Assembly: GCA_963819215.1 (NCBI GenBank)
Contig: CAWFVK010000018.1
Location: forward strand, 3,158-67,157
Reading direction: 5' to 3'
DNA: 64,000 nt
Source of the DNA: an uncultured Actinomycetota bacterium
Lineage (GTDB): Bacteria > Actinomycetota > Actinomycetes > Prado026
In this document: piece after piece, positions 29,901 to 37,949 of the stretch
Layout of the letters: the number at the start of each line of letters is the position of its first letter
How positions within the stretch are numbered: the stretch's first letter is position 1
Made by a program: the position numbers and the translations under genes
The notes under the pieces: model-generated
The model's database searches: none
The model's input: only the letters and a program-made list of their open reading frames with translations
What the model was told of the DNA's origin: nothing

Positions 29901-30972
29901 CGGTGACCGCGACCGAGGCGATGGTGTCCTGACCGGAGTAGTCGGCCCAGGTCGGCTGGACGTTGTCCCCCGTGGCCGAGGTCTCCCATCGCGAAGCGCT
30001 GTCGCACAGCGAGTTGCTGCCGTCGTTGTTCGTCCCGCTGCCACCGGTGGCCGCCACCACGAAGTACGAGCCGTCCGGGGCGAAGTCGACGTCCTGCATG
30101 TACGTGTCGAAGGCGTCGCTGAAGCACAGGGCCGTGTACTCCTGCGTGTTCCAGTTCGGGTCGATCGTGGCCGCGGGCTTGCTGCCGATGAGGATGTTGA
30201 CGATCTGGTCGTGCAGGGTCCCGTTGGCGTCCTTGAAGTTGCCGATGACGATGAGCCGGCTCCCGTCGGGTGAGACCGCCATCTTGCGAGCGCCGACGCC
30301 GCCGATCGCACCGGACCCGCTGTCGTTGTGGTGCCCGGTCAGCTGGACGTCGAGGTACGGGTCGAGGGCGCCCGTCGTCGGGTTCAAAGTCACGATGCCC
30401 GAGTGCGCCACGCCCGCGACCTTGCTGAAGTCGCCGCCGACGAACAGGTGGCCACCTGAGAGCTTCACCGTGTACGCGATGCCGTCCATGGTCGGTGCGG
30501 TGAAGCCAGGCACCCGGGCGCCGGTGATCGTGCTCACCAGCGCGAGGCTCTTGGACTTGACCCCGTCGACGGTGGTGAACGCACCTGCCAGGTAGACGGT
30601 GTCGGCCACCGGGCCCGGAGTCACCTGCCACACGGCACCGTCCAGCGACGGCACGAAGCCGGTGTCGAGCTTGCCGGTCGTCGCGTCGAAGGCGAGCGCC
30701 TCGGTCCGCGGCACCGCCTGCGAACCGTCGGTGACCCCGGCCGGACTGACGTTGGTGAAGGTCCCGCCCAGCACGATCCGGGTGCCGACCTGGGCGATGC
30801 CGAGGGTCTGGCCGTCATTGATGTTGGGGGTGCCCGCCATCGGCACCGCGGCGACGATCGAGGCCTGCGCGGTAGCCGCCATCGCGGTTCCGGATCCCAC
30901 CGCTGTGACGGTGAGCGCGCCGACCGCGATGATGGCCACGGGCAGGGACGTCAGTCTGGTTCGTGCACGCAT
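26968..30972 (-). CDS. Large secreted multidomain carbohydrate-binding protein, paralog 2 (signal peptide, propeller-like, malectin, propeller-like, PKD, 3x unnamed ~130-aa repeat), intact
   Basis: AAGGGGAG precedes ATG at 30972 (MRARTRLTSLPVAIIAVGALTVTAVGSGTAMAA). The malectin region is NVLYRVNAGG...IDGGPDWQGD...SSERWDPG...RLYFANRY..GQRVFDVAVDG..VLNHYDIVAD...NGIELINQ. The PKD region is CSFNASTSTGATAYSWAFGDGTTGTGVAPTHRYTAAGAHTVTLTVT. Three C-terminal repeats start Y(T/S)AV(T/A)PCR(V/I).DTRG. The 409 ORF residues upstream of 30972 are read-through and are rejected. Confidence 0.85.
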   Translation of the reverse strand: MRARTRLTSLPVAIIAVGALTVTAVGSGTAMAATAQASIVAAVPMAGTPNINDGQTLGIAQVGTRIVLGGTFTNVSPAGVTDGSQAVPRTEALAFDATTGKLDTGFVPSLDGAVWQVTPGPVADTVYLAGAFTTVDGVKSKSLALVSTITGARVPGFTAPTMDGIAYTVKLSGGHLFVGGDFSKVAGVAHSGIVTLNPTTGALDPYLDVQLTGHHNDSGSGAIGGVGARKMAVSPDGSRLIVIGNFKDANGTLHDQIVNILIGSKPAATIDPNWNTQEYTALCFSDAFDTYMQDVDFAPDGSYFVVAATGGSGTNNDGSNSLCDSASRWETSATGDNVQPTWADYSGQDTIASVAVTGSAVYVGGHQRWLNNPDGYDYAGPGAVPRPGLGALDPVSGVPMSWNPGRNPRGSGAAALLATSTGLWVGSDTQYIGNRKYYRGRIAFFPLAGGTPTPSVATTALPANVYLAGQLTSTASTNVLYRVNAGGSTIQAIDGGPDWQGDPTDGSPYHNGDSQTAGYGPVATIASTVPATTPSGIFSSERWDPGSNGDGDEMQWTFPATVGEHVQVRLYFANRYDGTSGVGQRVFDVAVDGTTVLNHYDIVADVGDQTGTMKAFNVTVPATGQVSIDWTHETENPLVNGIELINQDAPVPPPPPAGSLLERAFNGTAAGPTSTVGGTGTAWSSVRGAFTVGGTLFYGMTDGNLYRRSFDGTTFGPATKVDPYDDPAWVNVQTGSGQTYQGAAPGFYGGEIQDATSMFYSGGKIYYTMLGDSELFARSFNPDSGIVTEDESSTDGVDLSNIAGAFLSGSSLYYASRADGNLHRVAFADGSTDPATDTVVSGPALDGNDWRTRGLFLGKAAVVPPTAAFTSTCTAMSCSFNASTSTGATAYSWAFGDGTTGTGVAPTHRYTAAGAHTVTLTVTGTGAQTATASHSVSPAPPAATYTAVTPCRVYDTRGATAGCPGGSASSKAPVGPAGVLAVKVTGVGGVPAGATAVVLNVTAVNATSRSTYITAWPAGQPKPTASNLNVSSPAPVANLVVVPVGTGGVVNLGNATGNVDLLADLQGYYATGTGSGYSAVAPCRVFDTRGTVGSCSTPPAATRETLGAGQTLTVKIAGVGGVPATATAVVLNLTAVGATRSTYETVFPGGTARPVVSNLSVGSAAPLPNLVVVQLAANGTVSFYNNAGSVDLLADLAGYFAPTSASGYTATGPCRILDTRGTTGTCPGAPAGVDQSIGSGQVRTFHVAGVGSVPASVTAVVLNVTAVNASRATYLTVFPGGTVKPVVSNLNVSSASPVANLVTVPVSADGTVSIGNYIGDVDAVVDLAGYYSAS

Positions 30973-30987
30973 CGCAGCTCTCCCCTT

Positions 30988-31028
30988 GCGGGCCGCCCAT
31001 GGGTGAGGGTTACATCTGGGCGGCCCGC
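30988..31028 (-). promoter_or_regulatory. Perfect 12-bp GC-rich inverted repeat in the paralog-2 leader, abutting its Shine-Dalgarno
   Basis: In mRNA sense the sequence is GCGGGCCGCCCA-N17-TGGGCGGCCCGC, followed immediately by AAGGGGAGAGCTGCG-ATG. It could be an RNA hairpin or a palindromic operator in the divergent promoter region. Confidence 0.4.
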
Positions 31029-31215
31029 GGCGAAACGCTAAGTGGCCAGCAGGTGCGAGCGTGAGCCGACCCGAGAATTCGGATGAACGGCGGCCCGGTC
31101 CGACCGAAAGGTTGAGCCCGGACGGACGAACGCCGCTACCCATCGTGCCTACCAGTGGTGCACTCGACCGCACGGGCACCATGCTGAGCCTGGACGACAG
31201 GGAGGGGGCAGCCGC

Positions 31216-32952
31216 ATGGACCTGGACGGACGCACCGACCTCGACGCTGACGTCAGTGGTGCTGCCACCCAGTACCCCTCCCCCGAGCACGAGTCGTCCG
31301 AGCAGCTGCGGGTCGCCTTCGACCACGCCCCCACCCCGATGGTCATGGTCAGCCTCGAACCAACCCAGCTGGGTCGCCTGGTCCGCGCGAACGCTGCCTT
31401 CACCGAGCTGCTCGGCTACCAGCCCGGGGATCTCGTCGGTCGCGACCCGGCGACCTGGACCGCCGGCCCTGACCTCGCCGCGACCTGGGAACGGCTGCGC
31501 GGCCTCGCCGACGAGAGCGCCGACAGCGGGTCCTACGAGAAGCGCTACCTGCGCAAGGACGGCAGCGTGGTGCACACCTGGGTGACCACGGCGGTCGTCC
31601 GCAGCGCGCAGGGGGCGCCGCAGTTCGCGATCGCGCACGTGGTGGACGAGACCGAGCGCCGCCGGCACGAGCACGAGCTCGAACGGGTCGCGCTCACCGA
31701 CCACCTCACCGGCCTGGCGAACCGCAGCACCATCGAGGGCCACCTCGCGGACGCGCTGGCCCGGCTCGAGCGTGCCGGGAGCGGCGTCCTCGGTGTCCTC
31801 ATGCTCGACCTGGACGGCTTCAAGCTCGTCAACGAGAGCCGTGGCCACACCGTGGGTGACCAGCTGCTCGTCGAGGTCGCGCGGCGGCTGACCGAGGTCA
31901 CGCGCAGCGACACGACGGTGGCGCGGCTCGGCGGGGACGAGTTCCTGCTCATCGAGCGCGCCGTCGGGCCGGCGGAGGTGCGCTCGCTCGCCGAGCGCGT
32001 CCTGGAAGCGCTGCGGGCGCCGTACCCGATCACCAGCGGCGAGTCGCTCCAGACGACGGCCAGCCTCGGGATCGCGCTGGCCTGGCGGCACACCCGCTCC
32101 CCCGACGACCTGCTCAGCGAGGCGGATCTCGCGCTGTACGAGGCGAAGGATCGCGGCAGGGACCGGTTCGCCGTCTACGACGACGGCCTGCGCACGCACA
32201 TCCTCGACCGGGTGGAGACCGAGGCACGGCTACGCCGGGCGCTGCGCGACGACGGGCTGCAGGTCGTGCTCCAGCCGGTGGTGGACCTTCGGCACGGCAC
32301 CACGGTCGGGGCCGAGGCGCTCATCCGGCTGCACGACCCTGATCACGGTGAGCTCGGGCCCGACACCTTCATCCACGTCGCCGAGGCCAGCGCGCTCATC
32401 GTCGACCTCGACACGTGGGTGGTGGACGAGGTCGTCCGGCTGCTCGGTGCGGATGCACGGAAGGAGTTCCCGCTGCTGCCCGAGCGCATCGCTGTCAACG
32501 TCAGCGGCCGGACCGTCGAGCATCCGACCTTCGTGGCCCGGGTCCGCGACGCGCTGCACCGCGAGGGGGTCGCTGGTGGCCGGCTGCTCATCGAGCTCAC
32601 CGAGAGCAGCCTGCTGGCCGACAAGCCGTCCGTCCGTGACTGCCTGTCGGCGCTCGACGCGCTGGAGGTACGGGTGGGGATCGACGACTTCGGCACCGGC
32701 TACTCGGCGCTGGCCTACCTCGAGCGCTTCCCGCTCAGCTTCCTCAAGATCGACATCTCGTTCATCCGGCAGCTCGGGACCAACCTGCGCGCCAACGCCG
32801 TGGTGGCCGCGATCATCGCGCTGGCCCACGCGCACGGCCTGGTCGTGACGGCGGAGGGCGTGGAGAACGAGAGCCAGGCCGCGGCGCTGCGGGCGATGGC
32901 CTGCGACAACGGTCAGGGCTGGCTCTTCGGCCGCCCTGCCTCGCCCGGCTGA
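31216..32952 (+). CDS. PAS-GGDEF-EAL protein (c-di-GMP synthase/phosphodiesterase, both signature motifs intact)
   Basis: PAS region AFDHAPTPMVMVSLEP...YEKRYLRKDGSVVHTWV. GGDEF domain DHLTGLANR...ARLGGDEFLLI...ALYEAKDRGRDR. EAL domain QPVVDL...GAEALIRL...ELTES...DDFGTGYSALAYL...LKIDISFIR...VTAEGVE...QGWLFGRP. Confidence 0.9.
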   Translation: MDLDGRTDLDADVSGAATQYPSPEHESSEQLRVAFDHAPTPMVMVSLEPTQLGRLVRANAAFTELLGYQPGDLVGRDPATWTAGPDLAATWERLRGLADESADSGSYEKRYLRKDGSVVHTWVTTAVVRSAQGAPQFAIAHVVDETERRRHEHELERVALTDHLTGLANRSTIEGHLADALARLERAGSGVLGVLMLDLDGFKLVNESRGHTVGDQLLVEVARRLTEVTRSDTTVARLGGDEFLLIERAVGPAEVRSLAERVLEALRAPYPITSGESLQTTASLGIALAWRHTRSPDDLLSEADLALYEAKDRGRDRFAVYDDGLRTHILDRVETEARLRRALRDDGLQVVLQPVVDLRHGTTVGAEALIRLHDPDHGELGPDTFIHVAEASALIVDLDTWVVDEVVRLLGADARKEFPLLPERIAVNVSGRTVEHPTFVARVRDALHREGVAGGRLLIELTESSLLADKPSVRDCLSALDALEVRVGIDDFGTGYSALAYLERFPLSFLKIDISFIRQLGTNLRANAVVAAIIALAHAHGLVVTAEGVENESQAAALRAMACDNGQGWLFGRPASPG

Positions 32953-33581
32953 CGGCGCCGCGCCCAGAGCGCGCAGCCGGCAACCACCGCCAGCGGCCAG
33001 AGCGCCTGCGCCCCGGCGGCCACCCGCTCGGCCAGTCCCACTCGCTCACCCCGCGCGAGCTCGACCACGAACCAGCCGACCACCCCGGTGAGGACAGCGC
33101 CCGCGGCCACCGACGCTGGCGCACGCAGGACGGGCGCGGCGGCCGGGTCACGCCGCACCGCGAGGAACGGCCAGGCCGCGAGCGCGCCGAACGCCAGGCT
33201 GGCCGCTGCGGTGTGAGCCACCGACGAGCCGGTGGCCGGCAGGGGGAAGGCAGCAACGCCCAGCGTGCACACACCGCCGGCCCCGAGCAACCACCGTCCT
33301 GGCCGCGCCGCCAGCCCGCCCAGGGAGAACGCCGTCAGGAGGTACGCGGCCCCGACGCCGACCAGCGCTCCCGTCATGATCCAGCGGTCCTCGGCGCCGT
33401 GACCGGCCAGGGCGCTGATCGTGTCGGTGACGGAGCTGTACCCCGGTGGTTGGCGGGCTGCCGCGACCGTCCAGCCGCCGATGAGCAGCACCGGCGCCGC
33501 TGCCGACGAGACACGGCCCCACCAGGGGACGGTCGGAGCGGAGCCGGTCGACCGGGGATCGCTCGCAGCCAGCTGGGTCAC
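32913..33581 (-). CDS. DUF998-family membrane protein
   Basis: 222-aa ORF with several TM segments and the DUF998-like PGYSSVTDTISALAGHGAEDRWIM motif. Confidence 0.6.
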   Translation of the reverse strand: MTQLAASDPRSTGSAPTVPWWGRVSSAAAPVLLIGGWTVAAARQPPGYSSVTDTISALAGHGAEDRWIMTGALVGVGAAYLLTAFSLGGLAARPGRWLLGAGGVCTLGVAAFPLPATGSSVAHTAAASLAFGALAAWPFLAVRRDPAAAPVLRAPASVAAGAVLTGVVGWFVVELARGERVGLAERVAAGAQALWPLAVVAGCALWARRRQPGEAGRPKSQP

Positions 33582-33605
33582 GGTCGTCTCGTCACGCGAG
33601 CCAAC

Positions 33606-35665
33606 CTAGTCGGGCTCGCCGGCCTTCGCCCGGTTGAGCCCGGCCAGGTACTCGTTGTAGATCGCGAGCTCGTCGGGTGCCTGCGCGTCGCCGCTCGCCG
33701 CGCGGTCCGCCTGCCGGTCGAAGCGCCGCGCGTCGCGCTCGTCGGAGCGGATCCACTGCACCGTCAGCACCACGACCACCAGGATCAACGGGATCTCGCC
33801 CATCGCCCACCCGATGCTGGCCCCGAGTCGCTGGTCGGCGAGCAGATCCGTGTAGTAGGTGCGCTGCAGGGAGCTGAAGTACGCACCGCCCAGCACGGAG
33901 CTGGAGGACAGGATGGCGATGTTGAAGAAGGCGTGGAACGGCATGGCGACCACGAGCAGCAGCAGCCGTGCGGGGTAGGGGATGCGACGCGGGCCTGGGT
34001 CGATGCCGATCAGAACCCAGAAGAAGAGGTAGCCGGCCAACAGGAAGTGCAGGTTCATCGCGACGTGGCCCCAGTGGTTGGCCATCGCCTGCTGGAAGAT
34101 CGAGGTGAAGTAGAGCGCGTAGAAGCTGCCGATGAACAGGGCCGTGGCGACCAGCGGGTTGGTCAGGATGCGGACGGGCCACGAGCCGAGCACCGCGAGC
34201 AGCCACTCCCGCGGACCACGGTCGACGCGGTGCGCTGGCAGCACGCGCAGCGCCAGCGTCGTCGGCGCGCCCATGACCAGCAGCACCGGCACGACCATGA
34301 CCAGCAGCATGTGCTGGACCATGTGCGCGCTGAACAGGACGTGCGCGTAGGTCCCGATACCGCCGCTGGTCGCCCAGGTGAGGAGCACGAGGCCAAGGAA
34401 CCAGGAGACCGAACGGCCCACGGGCCAGCGGTCGCCACGCGCCGCCAGCCGGCGCAGGCCCGTGAAGTACATCGCCGCGCCCAGCAAGGCGATCGCCAGG
34501 AACACCCCGTCGGGCCGGACCTCGGTGACGATGAGGCGGGTCCACGTCGGGTACGGCGGCAGGTCGAACCCGAGGATCGAGCGCGCGGGGGTCACGTTGG
34601 TGAGGTCCGCGATGACCACCGGCGTCGGTGTCCGGGACAGCGCCACAGCCACGCTGACGGCGGCGGTCATGAGGCCGAGCTCGACGGCCGCGAGGCGCAC
34701 GAAGGCGCGCGTGCGGCGAGGGCCGAGCAGTGCGGGGATCGTGCGCCTGCGGTGCACCCAGCCCGCGTAGCCGAGCGCGCCGAGCAGGATCACCTTGGCG
34801 AGCACCAGCCGGCCGTAGCCCGGTGGTGACGAGGTCGGCGGGCCCGTTGAGCCTGATCCAGGCGTTCGCGATGCCGCTGAGCGCCAGGGCGACGTAGCAC
34901 CAGAGGGCGAGCACGCTGAACCGCGGCACGGTCGTCCGGAGCAGCCGGCCGTCGATCAGGGCGAGCGCGAGCAGACCGGCGAGCCCGCCCACCCAGACCG
35001 CCGCGGCCACCTCGTGGATCATCAGGCTGGACACCGCGATGTCGTGCTCGGACGATGCGCCCGAGTGACCGGAGAGCGCAGGGACCAGCAGCGCCGTCTG
35101 GGCCACGATGAAGGCGATCGCCGCACCGGACGTCGTGAGGATCCAGCGGCACGACACCGCCACGATCGCGGCCCCCAGCACCTGCACGGCCAGCGCCTGG
35201 CCCTGCAGGATCTCGGTGAGGAACGCACGGAGCGCGTCGGCCTGCAGCCCCTGTGGCAAAGGGATGCCGGTGACGTCGGAGAGCGTGAGCGCGGTCTGGA
35301 CCACGGCGAAGAGCACCCACGCTGCCGCGGTCCAACCGGCCCACGAGGTCAGGCGCAGGCCGGCCCCCTTGAGCTGGCCGTCCTTGGCCGGCAGGAACGC
35401 GGCCGACGTCAGCAGCAGCCCGATGGTGAGGATGCCAGCGAAGTCGCTGAGCATCCGGGACACGGGAAGCGCCCAGCCGGTCCCGGCTCCAGCCGACGGC
35501 AGGCCTGGCAGCGGAGGCTGCGGGTTGCCGCCACCCACGAAGAGCGCGACGACGAGGACCGCGAGTCCCGAGCACGGCGGCGCCGCCGAGCAGCTTCCAG
35601 CCGCTCGGGGCGCCAGGCAGGTCGGTGGTCGCGAAACGACGCCGTTGCCTGAGCTCGGTGCTCAC
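33606..35665 (-). pseudogene. copD: Copper resistance CopD / cytochrome c oxidase assembly CtaG-like fusion membrane protein, at least two frame breaks
   Basis: GTG at 35665 (VSTELRQRRRFATTDL...) is in frame 1. The CopD-like core (ILTIGLLLTSAAF...ALSGHSGASSEHD...HEVAAAVWVGGLAGL) is in ORF 33592-35538. The caa3_CtaG-like half (FSAHMVQHMLLVMVVPVLLVMGAPTTLALR...HFLLAGYLFFW) is in ORF 33606-34805. The second break is at the CCC run 34818-34820. Confidence 0.8.
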
Positions 35666-36351
35666 GGTTGCCCTGTCCCTCCTTCGCCGCCCTGCCCTGG
35701 CGACCCGCCCTGCCCTGGCGACCCGCCCTGCGATTGTCCAGCCGCCCGGCGGCGGTTGCCACGGCCGTTCGCCAGCAGCACGGCCAGGGCGACGACCCCG
35801 GCGGCCAGGACCAGGACCAGCACCGCGACCCGTGAGGCCGCGCTCCCCTCATCCTGCGCTGTTCCGGAGCCGGCCAGCGGCGGGGCGGACCCACCTGCGG
35901 CTGCGGTGCCGGTTGCCGCACTCGAGGCGCTCGCTGCCGGGGTGGTCGTGGTGCTCGTCGGACTGGCCGAGGGGCTCGCCGGGTTGGCATAGCTGAACCC
36001 GAGCGTGCGAGTGACCGGGTGACCGTCCGCCGAGACCACCCGGTAGCTCACTGCGTAGTGCCCGGACTCGGTGATCGGCTTGAGGTTCTCGGTGACGGTC
36101 GCATCGAGGATCACCGGCGCACCGGAGTCGACCCTGCTGCCGTCGGGCGCAGTCACGGTCACCCCGTCACCGATGTCCTGGATGTTCTCGTCGAACGTCA
36201 GCACGACCTTGGTCGGCGCGACGGTCACCGTCGAGCCGTCGACCGGGCTCATCGCGATGAGCACGCTGTGCGCCGACGCCGGACCTGCGAGGCCGAAGGT
36301 CACAGCCCCGAGCACCACGGCGACCACGGCCCCGGCCCGCAGCCACCTCAT
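35662..36351 (-). CDS. copC: CopC-domain copper-binding protein with C-terminal TM anchor and Gly/Pro-rich tail
   Basis: ATG at 36351 (MRWLRAGAVVAVVLGAVTFGLAGPASAHS). CopC fold region: VLIAMSPVDGSTV...YAVSYRVVSADGHPV. The TM segment is VAVLVLVLAAGVVALAVLLA. The tail is GGSPGQGGSPGQGGEGG. The upstream part of ORF 35662-37527 is rejected. Confidence 0.85.
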   Translation of the reverse strand: MRWLRAGAVVAVVLGAVTFGLAGPASAHSVLIAMSPVDGSTVTVAPTKVVLTFDENIQDIGDGVTVTAPDGSRVDSGAPVILDATVTENLKPITESGHYAVSYRVVSADGHPVTRTLGFSYANPASPSASPTSTTTTPAASASSAATGTAAAGGSAPPLAGSGTAQDEGSAASRVAVLVLVLAAGVVALAVLLANGRGNRRRAAGQSQGGSPGQGGSPGQGGEGGTGQP

Positions 36352-37083
36352 CGTGCGGTCCTGCGACGGCGCCGGCTGTCGACGAGGCTCACGATCACGA
36401 CGACCAGGGCGAGCAGCCCGGCGGCGAGCCCGGCCGCACCGAGGCTGCGTGCCGTGGCATCCGTGTCGCCGGCGACCGCCACCGGGCTGGGCTCGGCGGC
36501 GATGGTCAGCACCGGGGACGGGTGCTCGGGCTCGGCACCGCTCGCCGGCGTCGGCTGGTTCCACTGCACCACCGCGCCGTCGCTGTAGACCTGGGTCGCG
36601 GCGAACGTGACGGTGGCGGCGTCGGGCACCGGGCCCACGAGCAGGTCGAAGTCCTGGAACTGCTCGGTGCCGATCGCTGAGCCGCGTTGGGCAGTCCAGG
36701 TGACCGAGCTGACGGCCTTGTCGAGGGTGAAGTCTCCGACCTTGACCGGCGCGGGAAGCGCGGTCGTGGTCGTCGTCACGGCCCAGCCGGGCACCGACCT
36801 CGGCATGACCTCGGCGAAGGGGGGCGACGACGGGAGGGTGACGGTGACACGGACGGTCGACGCGGTCGCGGACTCGGTCGGCACCCGGAACGTGACCTGG
36901 GCGGCCTCGCCGCCGCGGACGGCATCGGTCGAGGTGACCGCGACGTGCGCGGGACGCGACGGTCGAGAGCAGCGGCACGGCAAGGCCGGCGCCGCCGACG
37001 ACGATCAGTGCTCTACGGGATCGCAGCGCGAGCGCCGACGCGGGCGCACTGCTTCGGGACAGCCAGGGACGCGGCAAGGGCAT
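36348..37083 (-). pseudogene. ycnI: YcnI-family (DUF1775) copper-binding protein, one frame break near 36950-36990
   Basis: ATG at 37083 encodes signal peptide MPLPRPWLSRSSAPASALALRSRRALIVVGGAGLAVPLLS in one frame. The mature part AHVAVTSTDAVRGGEAAQVTFRVPTES...VTWTA...VQWNQP plus the C-terminal TM is in ORF 36348-36983. Confidence 0.75.
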
Positions 37084-37256
37084 GGTGGATGGACCTAACG
37101 ACGGAGGAGCGGACCGGGAGCTGGAGCTAGCGAGCTGCCAGCGCCGGTGGTCCCCGCCGGGAGATCGTCCCGAGGTCTCGCCAGGTGTGCGTCCCGCCCT
37201 GACGGTCGGCGGTGATCGTCGGCACCAGCTCGAGCACCAGCGGAGCGACCGGAAGG

Positions 37257-37760
37257 TCACGGGGCGATCAGGCCGCGCATGCGCTCGAGGCAGCGCCAGT
37301 ACAGGGACTCGAAGTGCCGGAGCACCAGGGCCGCCACCAGGGCAGCCAGCACGTGCGCGCCGAGCATGGCCCAGCCGCTGCCCGACCAGCGCGCGGATGC
37401 CGCAGCCGCCGCACTGGCGGCCGAGTCGGGCCCCGACGTGGCCTCCGCACCGCAGGTCAGCCAGAGCAGCACATGGACGAAGAGCTGGACGGCCAGCAGG
37501 GCGCCGAGGAGGCGTGCGTAGCTCCATTCGCGCCGCGACGCGACCGAGCAGGCCGCCGTGGCCAGTGCGACCGGGAGCAGCAGGGCGGCGTGCCGCGGCA
37601 ACGCGCCACCGCCGACGACGTGCGCAGCCAGCGACAGGCTGGCACCCGCGCCTGCTAGCACCGCGCCGCGCACGAGCCGGGCGACACGTCCCGACTGCTG
37701 TGCCTTGGCCACGACGTCGAGGGTAGTCCCGGACGTGGGGGCCGGTGGCAGCGCGTCCAC
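37257..37760 (-). CDS. Small integral membrane protein, unknown function, first gene of the copper cluster strand
   Basis: 167-aa ORF with four hydrophobic segments (AVLAGAGASLSLAAHVV, ALLLPVALATAACSV, LLGALLAVQLFVHVLLWL, MLGAHVLAALVAALVL). GTG start at 37760. Confidence 0.5.
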   Translation of the reverse strand: MDALPPAPTSGTTLDVVAKAQQSGRVARLVRGAVLAGAGASLSLAAHVVGGGALPRHAALLLPVALATAACSVASRREWSYARLLGALLAVQLFVHVLLWLTCGAEATSGPDSAASAAAAASARWSGSGWAMLGAHVLAALVAALVLRHFESLYWRCLERMRGLIAP

Positions 37761-37790
37761 AGGCCGCTCACAGCACCCCTCGCCACGATT

Positions 37791-37816
37791 CGATCGAGCT
37801 GACCGATCGAGCTGAC
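37791..37816. repeat. 13-bp perfect tandem duplication (CGATCGAGCTGAC x2) in a divergent intergenic region
   Basis: Read directly at 37791-37803 and 37804-37816, followed by the partial copy CGACTGA. Confidence 0.9.
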
Positions 37817-37949
37817 CGACTGAAAGTGCACCCGGCTGGGCTGGTCGACTGAACGAGTTGGCCCGAAGGGCCGTCTACCATGAGCGAGAGCCAGCTGCGC
37901 CCGGTTCCAGGGCCGAGAGGAACGACCCCGACGTGACCTGCGACGTCTC

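Noticed and set aside
30973-31215. c-di-GMP riboswitch (GEMM) in the leader of the large secreted protein gene
   Set aside because: I looked on the minus strand for the conserved GEMM-I features (paired hairpins with a GNRA tetraloop/receptor and the ACGCAAAGC-like core) and did not see them. Only the 12-bp inverted repeat is evident. A covariance-model scan would be needed to exclude it formally.
30973-32199. The first ~409 residues of the 1743-aa ORF 26968-32199 (minus), which would make the lectin-like protein far larger
   Set aside because: This part runs antisense through the PAS-GGDEF-EAL gene and across the intergenic region, is Arg/Pro/Gly-rich, and matches no domain. A strong SD plus ATG at 30972, followed by a classic signal peptide aligned with paralog 1, marks the real start.
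36352-37527. Upstream part of the 621-aa ORF 35662-37527 (would extend CopC)
   Set aside because: It overlaps the YcnI gene out of frame. The CopC start at 36351 has its own signal peptide, and its ATG overlaps the YcnI stop.
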